Of a stretch of DNA of 64,000 nt, positions 28,423 to 37,734 are shown piece by piece; position 1 is the stretch's first letter; every line of letters begins with the position of its first letter. The translations under genes were made by a program, and so were the position numbers. The notes under the pieces are model-generated. The model was not told the DNA's origin. It searched no databases and worked only from the letters and a program-made list of their open reading frames with translations. The stretch comes from an uncultured Candidatus Saccharibacteria bacterium (lineage in GTDB: Bacteria > Patescibacteriota > Minisyncoccia > Minisyncoccales > CAYZYK01): assembly GCA_964507665.1 (NCBI GenBank), contig CAZDPT010000001.1:33912-97911 (forward strand), written 5' to 3'.

Positions 28423-28968
28423 ATGGCTCTAAATTTTGATTTTCTTTACGGACTTAAAACAGGAAAGACTTGGTGGTTAGATGTGCTACTTTACTTTGTT
28501 TTGTCTTTATTGGTAGCTTTAATTATTTCCTATATCCTTTTTGGATTGAAAATATCTTTTCAAAAAGACCACCTTCAGGAATTAGAACAAGATATTACTA
28601 AGACAGGTACCCGGCAACAAAAAGAAGTAGAGAAAAAAGTTTTTTTGTATCAAAAGAAATTAAATGATTTTGTGGGGATATTTGAGGAACATAAGGTACC
28701 CTCAAACCTGTTTGCTTTAATTGAAGATTCAACTCTTCCTAATGTTTGGTTTACAAGCTTTATTTTAAGTACCTCAAACAATACTTTAAATTTAAGAGGA
28801 GAAACAGATGATTTTCAAACTTTAGCCCGACAAATCTCTATATTTGAAGAGAACAAACTTATCTCAGAAGTAAATCTGTTGGGAAGTTCTTTGATGGGAC
28901 AAGCAAAAATTGATTTTACTTTAGGTTTTTCTTTTAATGGAAAATTATTGAAACCATTCAGTAACTAA
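28423..28968 (+). CDS. pilN: PilN-like protein
   Basis: TM + coiled coil, LPNVWFTS, LRGE; position after pilM. Confidence 0.75.
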   Translation: MALNFDFLYGLKTGKTWWLDVLLYFVLSLLVALIISYILFGLKISFQKDHLQELEQDITKTGTRQQKEVEKKVFLYQKKLNDFVGIFEEHKVPSNLFALIEDSTLPNVWFTSFILSTSNNTLNLRGETDDFQTLARQISIFEENKLISEVNLLGSSLMGQAKIDFTLGFSFNGKLLKPFSN

Positions 28969-28988
28969 AAAAATATTTTATTAATAAA

Positions 28989-29537
28989 ATGAAATTAAAT
29001 CGTCCCGTCACAATAGGTCTTATCTTGATTATTATTATAATTGTAGGTTTTTATTTTGTTTTACCCAAATACAAAGAGGTTAAAAAATTCCAAGTTAAGG
29101 TTGCTGAAAAAGAAGCTGAATTAAAAGCAAAAGAAGAATATTTTAGAAAATTATCTGAAACCTTACAAAAGCTAACTGAACATGAAGAAAATGTAAAAAA
29201 GATTAATACTGCTCTTCCAGAGAAAGTTTCTCTTCCTCCTTTAATTTATTTTATTCAAGATAAGACTCTTGAAAATGGTCTAATTTTGGGAGATTTAAAT
29301 CTTCAAGGAACTTCTTCTTTAGAAAAAAAGACAGGCCTTAAGCAGACCAGTTTCTCCCTTGGAGTTACAGGTTCTTATTCTGCTTTCCGTAACTTTATTT
29401 CAAGTTTGGAAAAATCGTCTCGGCTTATCGAAATAAGTGATGTTTCATTTGGTGCTCTTCGGAAGAGAACCAGAGAAGAGGAATCTCCTCTAAAAATCTA
29501 TCAGTTTAATTTAGGAATAAAAGTTTATTCTTATTAA
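28989..29537 (+). CDS. pilO: PilO-like protein
   Basis: TM + coiled coil, ALP, GSYSAFRNFISSLEKSSRLIEI. Confidence 0.85.
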   Translation: MKLNRPVTIGLILIIIIIVGFYFVLPKYKEVKKFQVKVAEKEAELKAKEEYFRKLSETLQKLTEHEENVKKINTALPEKVSLPPLIYFIQDKTLENGLILGDLNLQGTSSLEKKTGLKQTSFSLGVTGSYSAFRNFISSLEKSSRLIEISDVSFGALRKRTREEESPLKIYQFNLGIKVYSY

Positions 29538-29541
29538 TTTC

Positions 29542-29961
29542 ATGGCTATTGTATTTATATCACCAAGAAAACCTCAAATAATATTAATTTCTGCTGCTGT
29601 GGGAGTGGTTTCTCTAGGATTGATTATTACGCTGTTGATAGTTTTTCTAAGTAAACCAGAACCTATTGCTCCCGAAGAGGTGTTCAAACCAAAAGAGGTT
29701 AAAATAGATTTTACTATTCTAAGATCTCCTCAATTAGAAAAACTTGAACTTTTTCCTGATAAAGTTAAGAAAGAATTTGTCTATGAGGCAAAGACCGAAG
29801 AGGGAGAAAAGAAAACAGGTAAAATCTTGGCGTTTTCTGAGCAAGAAGGGAGAGGAGTTTTAAGTGAGGCAGGATTATCTGATATTGAAATAGAAAGGAT
29901 TAAAATTGGTAGGAGAAACCCTTTTACTCCTTTTCAAGTTACAGAAGCAGAAGAGGATTAA
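29542..29961 (+). CDS. PilP-position membrane protein with a PilC-N-terminus-like insert
   Basis: N-terminal TM, C-terminal GRRNPFTPF motif, location after pilO. Confidence 0.6.
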   Translation: MAIVFISPRKPQIILISAAVGVVSLGLIITLLIVFLSKPEPIAPEEVFKPKEVKIDFTILRSPQLEKLELFPDKVKKEFVYEAKTEEGEKKTGKILAFSEQEGRGVLSEAGLSDIEIERIKIGRRNPFTPFQVTEAEED

Positions 29962-29966
29962 AAATT

Positions 29967-31691
29967 ATGGAAGGTTTAATAAAACAACTATATAAGGAGG
30001 GAGTAATAGATAAATCCAAAAGAAAAAGTTTAGGATTAGAGAAAAAAAGAACAGGAAAAAAAGAAGAACAAATAATCTTAGAAAAAAAAGTTGTTCCGGA
30101 AGATTTTTTATTTAAATTAAAAAGTAAACTATTAAAGATTTCCTTAAGAGATATTGTTCCCGAGGAGATACCATTAGAAGTTTTGGAATTAATTCCGGAA
30201 AGTTCTGCTTTAAGTTACAAAATGATACCCTTATCTAAAAAAGATAGTACAGTGGAGATAGGAATGGTTTATCCTGAAGATGCTCGTCCCAAAGAAGCTT
30301 TAAGGTTTATTGCCAGACAAGGAAAGTTTGACTACAAGATTTATTTAATCACTCTAACTGATTTTCAAGATCTTATCGGGCAATACAGAACCTTAAAAAG
30401 AGAAACGAAGAGAGCCCTGGAGGCTATGGAAGAGGAAGAAATCAGCATTCCATCTCCTGAGAGAAAACTCCCGGAAACTGAAAAGATAACTGAAGAAACC
30501 CCAATTGTTAAGATGGTTTCTGTGATTATAAAACATGCTGTTGAAGGTAAGGCTTCTGATATTCATATTGAACCTACAGCAGAAAAAGTAAAAGTCCGTT
30601 TTCGATTAGATGGAATTTTGTATTCTAGTTTGTTTTTACCCAGAAGAGTTCATTCAGCAATCGTAGCTAGGATTAAAGTTTTAGCTAAACTAAAAATTGA
30701 TGAAACAAGAATTCCTCAAGATGGTAGGTTCACTACCGAAGTTAAAGATAAAAAAATTGATTTTAGGGTCTCTACTTTCCCAACCATTTTAGGGGAGAAG
30801 GTAGTAATAAGGGTACTTGATCCTACTGAGGGACTGAAATCTTATAAAGAGATAGGTTTGGAGAAAAGGAATCTTGAGTTGGTTGAAAAAGCAGCAAAAG
30901 ACCCATTTGGATTGATTTTGGCAACAGGTCCTACCGGTTGTGGAAAAACTACTACCCTTTATTCTCTTTTACGCCTTTTAAATAAAGAGAAAGTAAATAT
31001 TGTAACCATTGAGGACCCAGTAGAATATTCTATTGAGGGAGTTAATCAGTCTCAGGTTAAACCAGAGATAAATTATACTTTTGCCAGAGGCTTGCGTCAT
31101 GTTTTAAGACAAGACCCCGATGTTATTATGGTAGGGGAAATTAGAGATGAGGAAACAGCCCAGTTAGTAATACACGCTGCCTTAACAGGGCATGTGGTGT
31201 TTTCAACCTTACACACTAACAATGCTGTAGGAGTTATTCCCAGGTTAGTTGATATGGGAATAAGATCATTTTTACTTCCCCATAGTCTGAATATTGCTAT
31301 TTCTCAAAGATTAGTAAGATCTCTCTGTCCTGATTGTAAAAAGAAAGTAAGAGCTGATAAAGAAACAAAAGAATATATTCTAGATCAGATTGATAAATTC
31401 CCCCCAGAAGTAAAAAAGAAAGTAAAAATTCCTAAAACACTTTATATCTATGAACCCCAGGGATGTGAGAAATGTAATTTTAAAGGTTACATCGGAAGAA
31501 TAGGTGTGTTTGAGGTTTTTAAAATGACAGATAAAATGGCTGATTTAATCTCAGAGGGAATAAACACAGATAAAATTCGCAAAGAAGCTTATCGTCAAGG
31601 TATGATTACTATGGCTCAAGATGGAGTCTTAAAGGTCTTGGATGGTGAAACTACTGTAGAGGAAGTGCTAAGATTAGTTCAAACTAGGTAA
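29967..31691 (+). CDS. pilB: Type IV pilus extension ATPase PilB (GspE/PulE family)
   Basis: ASDIHIEP, PQDGRF, GPTGCGKTTT, LRQDPDVIMVGEIRD, CPDC/CEKC. Confidence 0.95.
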   Translation: MEGLIKQLYKEGVIDKSKRKSLGLEKKRTGKKEEQIILEKKVVPEDFLFKLKSKLLKISLRDIVPEEIPLEVLELIPESSALSYKMIPLSKKDSTVEIGMVYPEDARPKEALRFIARQGKFDYKIYLITLTDFQDLIGQYRTLKRETKRALEAMEEEEISIPSPERKLPETEKITEETPIVKMVSVIIKHAVEGKASDIHIEPTAEKVKVRFRLDGILYSSLFLPRRVHSAIVARIKVLAKLKIDETRIPQDGRFTTEVKDKKIDFRVSTFPTILGEKVVIRVLDPTEGLKSYKEIGLEKRNLELVEKAAKDPFGLILATGPTGCGKTTTLYSLLRLLNKEKVNIVTIEDPVEYSIEGVNQSQVKPEINYTFARGLRHVLRQDPDVIMVGEIRDEETAQLVIHAALTGHVVFSTLHTNNAVGVIPRLVDMGIRSFLLPHSLNIAISQRLVRSLCPDCKKKVRADKETKEYILDQIDKFPPEVKKKVKIPKTLYIYEPQGCEKCNFKGYIGRIGVFEVFKMTDKMADLISEGINTDKIRKEAYRQGMITMAQDGVLKVLDGETTVEEVLRLVQTR

Positions 31692-31755
31692 GGTTCTATC
31701 CATAGAAAAATAATAAATATTTCATAAAGGTCAAAAGAAAATTAATGTATAAAAT

Positions 31756-32127
31756 ATGAAATCAATTCTACTAGTTGAAGATGACCCCTTTTTAATAGAT
31801 ATATATGTTACTCGCCTAAGAGACGAGAGTTATAAGATTGAGGTAGCAAAAGATGGAAAAAGTGCCTTGGAAAAGCTTAAAAAGAAAAAACCTTCTCTCT
31901 TGTTGTTAGATATTGTTTTACCTAAGATGGATGGTTGGGAATTACTGAAAAAAATAGCAAAAGATTCTAAACTCAAAAAAATGAAGGTAATTATACTCTC
32001 TAATCTAGGAGAAAGAAAGGAAATAAAGGAAATAAAGAAAGGATTGGGTCTGGGAGCTGTCAAATATTTAGTTAAGGCAAATTATACTCCTAGTGAAGTT
32101 GTGGAGGAGATAAAAAAGATTCTTTAA
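31756..32127 (+). CDS. Stand-alone response-regulator receiver domain
   Basis: LLVEDD, LLDIVLPKMDG, LSN, YLVKA. Confidence 0.92.
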   Translation: MKSILLVEDDPFLIDIYVTRLRDESYKIEVAKDGKSALEKLKKKKPSLLLLDIVLPKMDGWELLKKIAKDSKLKKMKVIILSNLGERKEIKEIKKGLGLGAVKYLVKANYTPSEVVEEIKKIL

Positions 32128-32166
32128 AAATAGTTATTATTAATTAATCTTTGAATTATTATATCC

Positions 32167-33231
32167 ATGAACTATTCTCTGAAACTTAAAAAACTGTTAT
32201 CTCAAGTTTTAAAAGAGAAAGCCTCCGATTTACATATTTCTGTTGGTCATCCTCCAACTTTAAGGATAACAGGTAGATTAACTCCTCTGGTAAAAGAGAA
32301 AGAAATTACCCAAAAGGACGCTCAAGGATTGGCTTCTGCTTTGATGACTGAAACTCAATGGCAGAAATTTCAGAAAGAAAAGGGGGTTGATTTCTCTTAT
32401 GACTTTGAAAAGAAAGCCAGATTCCGAGTAAATGTCTTTTTTCAAAGAGGGAATGTAAGTGTAGCTTTAAGATTAATTCCTTACAAAATTAGAACAATTG
32501 AAGAGTTAAATTTACCTCCTGTTTTACATGAATTTACTCGACGATCCCAGGGACTTGTTTTAATCACTGGAGCTTCAAGTCAAGGTAAATCTACTACCTT
32601 AGCTGCCTTAATTGATGAAATAAATGAAAACAGACCAGTTCATATAATAACCATTGAAGACCCTATTGAGTATGTTTTTCATGATAAACAAGCTATAGTG
32701 GATCAAAGAGAGGTTTATCATGATACTTTAAGTTTTAATAAAGCTCTCAGATCTACCTTCCGTCAAGACCCCGACGTTATTATGGTAGGGGAGATAAGAG
32801 ATCTTGAGACAATCTCTAGTGTTATTACCGCAGCAGAAACGGGTCATTTAGTTTTTGCTACCTTACATACTAATTCTGCCTCCCAAACTATTCATCGAGT
32901 TGTTGATGTTTTTCCACCAGAGCAACAGAACCAGATTAGGTATCAATTATCTGGTTCTTTATTGGGGGTAGCGTCACAAAGATTAATTCCTTCAATTAAA
33001 GGAGGATTTGTTCCTGCTTGTGAGATTATGTTCGCTAATTCAGCTGTGGCAACTCTGATTCGGGAGAACAAAATTCATGAACTTCCTGCTGTGATTGAAA
33101 CTTCAGCTAAAGAGGGTATGGTCTCTCTAAACAGAGCTTTGGCAGATTTAGTTAGAAGGAAAGAAATTTCTGTTAAAAATGCCATTAGTCATTCTTTAAA
33201 GCCCGGTGATCTTAGAAACATTTTAGGGTAA
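32167..33231 (+). CDS. pilT: Pilus retraction ATPase PilT
   Basis: ASDLHIS, RFRVNVF, GASSQGKST, EDPIE, AAETGHLVFATLHTNS. Confidence 0.95.
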   Translation: MNYSLKLKKLLSQVLKEKASDLHISVGHPPTLRITGRLTPLVKEKEITQKDAQGLASALMTETQWQKFQKEKGVDFSYDFEKKARFRVNVFFQRGNVSVALRLIPYKIRTIEELNLPPVLHEFTRRSQGLVLITGASSQGKSTTLAALIDEINENRPVHIITIEDPIEYVFHDKQAIVDQREVYHDTLSFNKALRSTFRQDPDVIMVGEIRDLETISSVITAAETGHLVFATLHTNSASQTIHRVVDVFPPEQQNQIRYQLSGSLLGVASQRLIPSIKGGFVPACEIMFANSAVATLIRENKIHELPAVIETSAKEGMVSLNRALADLVRRKEISVKNAISHSLKPGDLRNILG

Positions 33232-33261
33232 AAGAAAACAAATCTTTAATAACCAAAAGAT

Positions 33262-34476
33262 ATGAAATTTGCTTACCAGGCTAGAGATAAAGAAGGAAAG
33301 ATAAAAACAGGAGAAATAGAGGCCTCTTCGGGGGAGGCAGCTACAGAAATTCTAAGGAAGAAAAACCTATATCTTACCTCTTTAAAAGAAATTAAAAGTG
33401 GTTTTTTTTCTTTTGAGGGTATAAAATCAAAGATTTTTAAGAGAGTTTCTAAAAAAGATATTGCTATATTTTCTCATCAATTGGCGGTGATGCTTGATTC
33501 TCGAATTCCAATTGTTGAAAGTTTATTAAGTTTGTCTGTTCAAACTGAAAATCCTAGCTTTAAAGAAAAGATATTGAAGGTTAGTGAAGCAATAGAAGGG
33601 GGTAGCTCTATGTCAGAGGCTTTTTCTATGTATCCTGAACTTTTTGACGAATTCTATATTAATCTTTTAAAATCTGGAGAAACAGCAGGAAAAATTTCAG
33701 AATCTTTGTTCTATTTAAGCGAGCACCTGGAAAGAGAATATAATATTAGAAGCGATATTAAGAAAGCAATGGCTTATCCAGTGTTGGTTTTGTTAGTTTT
33801 TATAGTATCTATCACCATTATAATAGTTTTTGTTATTCCCCCTTTTAGTGAAATTTTAAGCGAAGCAGGTGGGGAACTTCCTTTCACTACTAAATTAATG
33901 TTGGGTTTCTATAGTTTTCTGACTAATTTTTGGTGGGCTTTAATACTTATTTTTGGAGGATTGATTGGTTTTTTAATCTACTATTTCAGAACAGAACAAG
34001 GCAAAAAAATTTATGATAGAATTTCTGTAAGAACTCCCTTCTTGGGTGACTTTTTTCAGAAAATTTTTATGACTCGATTTGTTGAGAATCTTTCCACTCT
34101 TATTGAGTCAGGTGTTTCTGTGACTCGAGCCTTAAGAATTAGTAAAAATTTGATAGGAAATACTGTTTATGAGGAAATTCTCCAAGAAGCAGAACAGAAA
34201 GTAGCCAGGGGAGAGCAGATAAGTTATGTTTTAGTTAAATATCCTGATGTGATTCCAGCCTTTGTTACTCAAATGGTAAAGGTTGGGGAAAGTACAGGAA
34301 AGTTAGAAAAAAGTTTAAGTGAAGTAGTTAAATTTTATCAAAAAGAAATAGAACGAACCACAGAAACTTTTATGACTCTTATTGAACCAATTCTTATAAT
34401 TTTCTTAGGGGGAATAGTGGCTTTGTTGGCAATTTCTGTTTTTATGCCACTTTATGGTATGGTTGGTAATATATAA
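33262..34476 (+). CDS. pilC: Type IV pilus platform protein PilC (GspF family)
   Basis: F.YQARD..G, GETAG, AMAYP, VGESTGKL, IEPILI, MPLY. Confidence 0.95.
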   Translation: MKFAYQARDKEGKIKTGEIEASSGEAATEILRKKNLYLTSLKEIKSGFFSFEGIKSKIFKRVSKKDIAIFSHQLAVMLDSRIPIVESLLSLSVQTENPSFKEKILKVSEAIEGGSSMSEAFSMYPELFDEFYINLLKSGETAGKISESLFYLSEHLEREYNIRSDIKKAMAYPVLVLLVFIVSITIIIVFVIPPFSEILSEAGGELPFTTKLMLGFYSFLTNFWWALILIFGGLIGFLIYYFRTEQGKKIYDRISVRTPFLGDFFQKIFMTRFVENLSTLIESGVSVTRALRISKNLIGNTVYEEILQEAEQKVARGEQISYVLVKYPDVIPAFVTQMVKVGESTGKLEKSLSEVVKFYQKEIERTTETFMTLIEPILIIFLGGIVALLAISVFMPLYGMVGNI

Positions 34477-34480
34477 ATAG

Positions 34481-34489
34481 TTATCCACA
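34481..34489 (+). promoter_or_regulatory. Perfect DnaA-box 9-mer upstream of the major pilin promoter
   Basis: TTATCCACA; TATAAT at 34522. Confidence 0.35.
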
Positions 34490-34589
34490 TTATATTGTTG
34501 ATTTGTTTCAGGGAGATGTAGTATAATTACTTAATAAACCCGTTAATTTTTAAAAGGTCGGCTATGAAATCTTTAAAATTAAATAAAAA

Positions 34590-35036
34590 ATGAAAATTTT
34601 TAAAAAGAAATCTCGAGGTTTTACTTTAATTGAACTTTTGGTAGTAATTGCTATTATTGGAATTTTAGCTGGGATTGTTTTAGTTAATGTTAGAAGTGCC
34701 AGAAATAAAGCAAAGGATGGAGCTATTAAAGCTGATATGAGTGCTTTAGCAGCAACAGCTGAGATATATTATGATAGTAATAATTATAGCTATAATCTTT
34801 TTTGTGATGATACAGAAACACTCAGAATAGAGGATGCAATTGTTAAATTAATTCCAGCAGATGGAGTAACCGGTTGTGGAGATTACTCTGATACTTGGTA
34901 TTTTTGTGCTACATTGAACGAAGGTAGTAACTGGTGTACAGACAATACCGGGCAAGCAATAAAAACAGGACAGTGTGATGATGAAGGTGCTTTTTCGGGA
35001 GACAACTTAACCTGCAGCGATCTAAGTCCTCTCTAA
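34590..35036 (+). CDS. pilA: Major type IV pilin
   Basis: RG|[17 protein letters not shown]; own promoter and terminator; six Cys. Confidence 0.88.
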   Translation: MKIFKKKSRGFTLIELLVVIAIIGILAGIVLVNVRSARNKAKDGAIKADMSALAATAEIYYDSNNYSYNLFCDDTETLRIEDAIVKLIPADGVTGCGDYSDTWYFCATLNEGSNWCTDNTGQAIKTGQCDDEGAFSGDNLTCSDLSPL

Positions 35037-35068
35037 AAATTAATGTTAAAAGGGAGTTTGGCTTTTGG

Positions 35069-35096
35069 AAACCCCGCCTGGGGCGGGGTTTTGTTT
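35069..35096 (+). terminator. Intrinsic terminator after the pilin gene
   Basis: AAACCCCGCC-TG-GGCGGGGTTTTGTTTT. Confidence 0.85.
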
Positions 35097-35125
35097 TAGA
35101 GAAGAAGATATATTAAAATAGAAAA

Positions 35126-35947
35126 ATGACAACTCTTTTTTCAATAATTATTTTCATATTAGGAACTTCGGTGGGAAGTTTTTTGAATTGTATTATTTAC
35201 CGCCTTCCCAAAGAAAAATCTTTCTTGAAAGGTAGATCTTATTGTCCTCGTTGTTCTCATAAATTGGCCTGGTATGATTTAATTCCAATTTTAAGTTTTT
35301 TAATTCAGAGAGGTAAATGCAGATATTGTAATAAAAGAATTTCTCTCCAATATCCTTTAGTTGAATTAATTACAGGAGTTTTGTTTGTCTTGATTTTTAA
35401 TTTTTCTTTCCAGGATAGTTTTCAACAAGGAAAACAACTATTGGATTTCAGCTTCCATAACCTTACATATTTTATTTATCTTCTAATAATCAGTTCTTTT
35501 TTAGTAATAATTTTTGTGTCTGATTTAAAAAGATTTATTATTCCAGATAAGATTATTTATCCTGCTTGCTTGTCGGCTCTTATTTTTAATTCTTATTCAG
35601 GATTTATTCAGGGTAAGTTTGATATTTTGAAACAGAGTCTATTGAGTGCTGTCTTGACCTCTTTTCTCTTCTTTCTCTTATTTCTATTTTCTCGAGGAAA
35701 ATGGTTGGGGTTCGGAGATGTTAAATTGGTTTTTTTTATGGGTCTTTTTTTGGGTTATCCTGAGATTCTAGCGGCTTTGTTTTTTTCCTTTTTTATTGGT
35801 GGTATAATAGGATTAGGGTTGATGATTTTTGGGAAAGCAGGATTAAAAACTGAGATTCCATTTGGTCCATTTTTAATAATAGGAACACTTATTGGTTTGT
35901 TTGAAGGGCAACATTTTATTAATTGGTATATTTCTTTAGTTTTTTAA
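35126..35947 (+). CDS. pilD: Prepilin peptidase
   Basis: GSFLN, RSYCPRC, DLIP, GKCRYC, GFGDVKL, IPFGPFL. Confidence 0.95.
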   Translation: MTTLFSIIIFILGTSVGSFLNCIIYRLPKEKSFLKGRSYCPRCSHKLAWYDLIPILSFLIQRGKCRYCNKRISLQYPLVELITGVLFVLIFNFSFQDSFQQGKQLLDFSFHNLTYFIYLLIISSFLVIIFVSDLKRFIIPDKIIYPACLSALIFNSYSGFIQGKFDILKQSLLSAVLTSFLFFLLFLFSRGKWLGFGDVKLVFFMGLFLGYPEILAALFFSFFIGGIIGLGLMIFGKAGLKTEIPFGPFLIIGTLIGLFEGQHFINWYISLVF

Positions 35948-35978
35948 TAATTTTCTTCTTTAATTTTCTCAATTAATT

Positions 35979-36569
35979 GTGTTTTATAAAAGTAAAGAAA
36001 GAGGTTTTACTCTAATTGAGTTTTTAGCCGTACTCTTTATTATAAGTTTATTATCAGGAATTTTAATGATTAGTTTTTCTAAGGTTAAGAAAGAAAAAGC
36101 CCTTCAAATGTCAGCCCAGAGATTACTTCAGGATTTAAGGAGAATTCAAGAAAAAGCTCTCTCTCCCACAGGGCAGAGAACAGAACTTTGTGATTCTCCA
36201 AATCCTCCCCAAGATGAAATTGAAGGATTAATAGTTGGGGCTTATTTTAATCAGAATAATCCTGAATCCTATATTTTATTTGTAGATTGTGATTCAGAAG
36301 GTGCCCCTGGTCGCTACAGATACAACGAGGACAGAGATAAAGAACTAGTTCCAATTGGATTTGAGAAAAATGTAAAAATTAAGAACTTATTTCCTACTGA
36401 TTCCAACAGTGACTTGGATATTGTTTTTGTTCCTCCTGCTCCCGACCTTTATATCAATGGTGATTTAGCTGAAAATGGAGTTGAAATTCAAATTTGTTTG
36501 AAAAATAATTGCTCTAGTTCTTTTGAAACAATTAGGATTAATAAAAGTGGTCTTGTGGAATTAGAATAA
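35979..36569 (+). CDS. Minor pilin (FimU/GspH-like)
   Basis: RG|FTLIE N-methylation site; GTG start. Confidence 0.85.
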   Translation: MFYKSKERGFTLIEFLAVLFIISLLSGILMISFSKVKKEKALQMSAQRLLQDLRRIQEKALSPTGQRTELCDSPNPPQDEIEGLIVGAYFNQNNPESYILFVDCDSEGAPGRYRYNEDRDKELVPIGFEKNVKIKNLFPTDSNSDLDIVFVPPAPDLYINGDLAENGVEIQICLKNNCSSSFETIRINKSGLVELE

Positions 36570-36582
36570 TTCTCTAGTAATT

Positions 36583-37122
36583 ATGTCTCATTACAGTATT
36601 AATTTTCAAAAAGGTTTTACTTTAACTGAAGTTATAATGGCTATTTCTGTTTTAATGATTGGAGTTGTCGGTGTTTATATTGTTTTCGGAAGTGCTGTTT
36701 CTTCCCTGCCCTATATTTCTTCCAGAATAACTGCTGCTTATTTAGCCCAGGAAGGAGTTGAAATAATAAGAAATATTAGGGATTCAAATTGGATTGAAAA
36801 TGAAAATAAATCCAGTGTTACTGTTGCCTGGGATGATGGTTTAAATGAAGGAGAATGGCAGGCTGATTATAATGATAATCAGCTAAGGGAATGTTTCTCT
36901 CCATGTAGTTATAATTCTGACAATCTTTTTTTTCTTAGAACAGAAGATAACAAATTCTACAATTATGATTTAGGAGATAATACTCCTTATAAAAGAAAAA
37001 TTATTATTGAAAAAGACCCCAGTCAACCAGATATGTTGAAAGTTAAAGTAATAGTTCAGTGGAAGATAAAAGGAAAACTTCAAGAAATTAAAGCAGAGGA
37101 TCATTTATATAATTGGTATTAA
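36583..37122 (+). CDS. Minor pilin (PilV-like)
   Basis: KG|FTLTE; AAYLAQEGVEIIRNIRD. Confidence 0.85.
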   Translation: MSHYSINFQKGFTLTEVIMAISVLMIGVVGVYIVFGSAVSSLPYISSRITAAYLAQEGVEIIRNIRDSNWIENENKSSVTVAWDDGLNEGEWQADYNDNQLRECFSPCSYNSDNLFFLRTEDNKFYNYDLGDNTPYKRKIIIEKDPSQPDMLKVKVIVQWKIKGKLQEIKAEDHLYNWY

Positions 37123-37134
37123 CCCTCTTTTATT

Positions 37135-37734
37135 ATGTTTCAAAAAGGATTTACTGTAATTGAATTATTAACAGCGTTAGTTGTTTTTTCTTTGGTGGTT
37201 AGTTTCACGTCCATGATTTTTATCTCTGTGGTTGGACATCAAAGAGAAATCTTAGCCAAACAAGAAATTGTAAGTCAAGTGAATTATGCTACAGAGTATA
37301 TGAGCAGGGCTCTGAGGATGGCAAAAAAAGAACTTAACTGTACTGATTCTTCAGACCCTAATTCTTGTAGTTGTCTTAAAGAAAAAGGATATGGTTACAA
37401 TTATGAGATTCCTTCAGAATATCAAATAGGAGATGAAAGTATGGGGCGGGGAATAAGATTTATAAATCATTTACAAGATGATAAATGCCAGAAGTTTTTT
37501 CTTGAACAAGGACAGTTAAAACATAGAAGAGATGGCTCTGAGACAGTGCCTTTGACTTCAGATAAATTTGAAATAACTAACTTAAAATTTAAACTTTTTG
37601 GTGAGTCACAAGAAGATGACATCCAACCTAAAGTGGCAATTGTTTTGAAGATTAAATTAAAAGGAGATGAGGAGCAACCAAAATTAAAGATTCAAACTAC
37701 AATTTCTCAAAGGAATTTAGATATTGAATTATGA
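37135..37734 (+). CDS. Minor pilin (PilW-like)
   Basis: KG|FTVIE; QTTISQR C-terminus. Confidence 0.85.
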   Translation: MFQKGFTVIELLTALVVFSLVVSFTSMIFISVVGHQREILAKQEIVSQVNYATEYMSRALRMAKKELNCTDSSDPNSCSCLKEKGYGYNYEIPSEYQIGDESMGRGIRFINHLQDDKCQKFFLEQGQLKHRRDGSETVPLTSDKFEITNLKFKLFGESQEDDIQPKVAIVLKIKLKGDEEQPKLKIQTTISQRNLDIEL

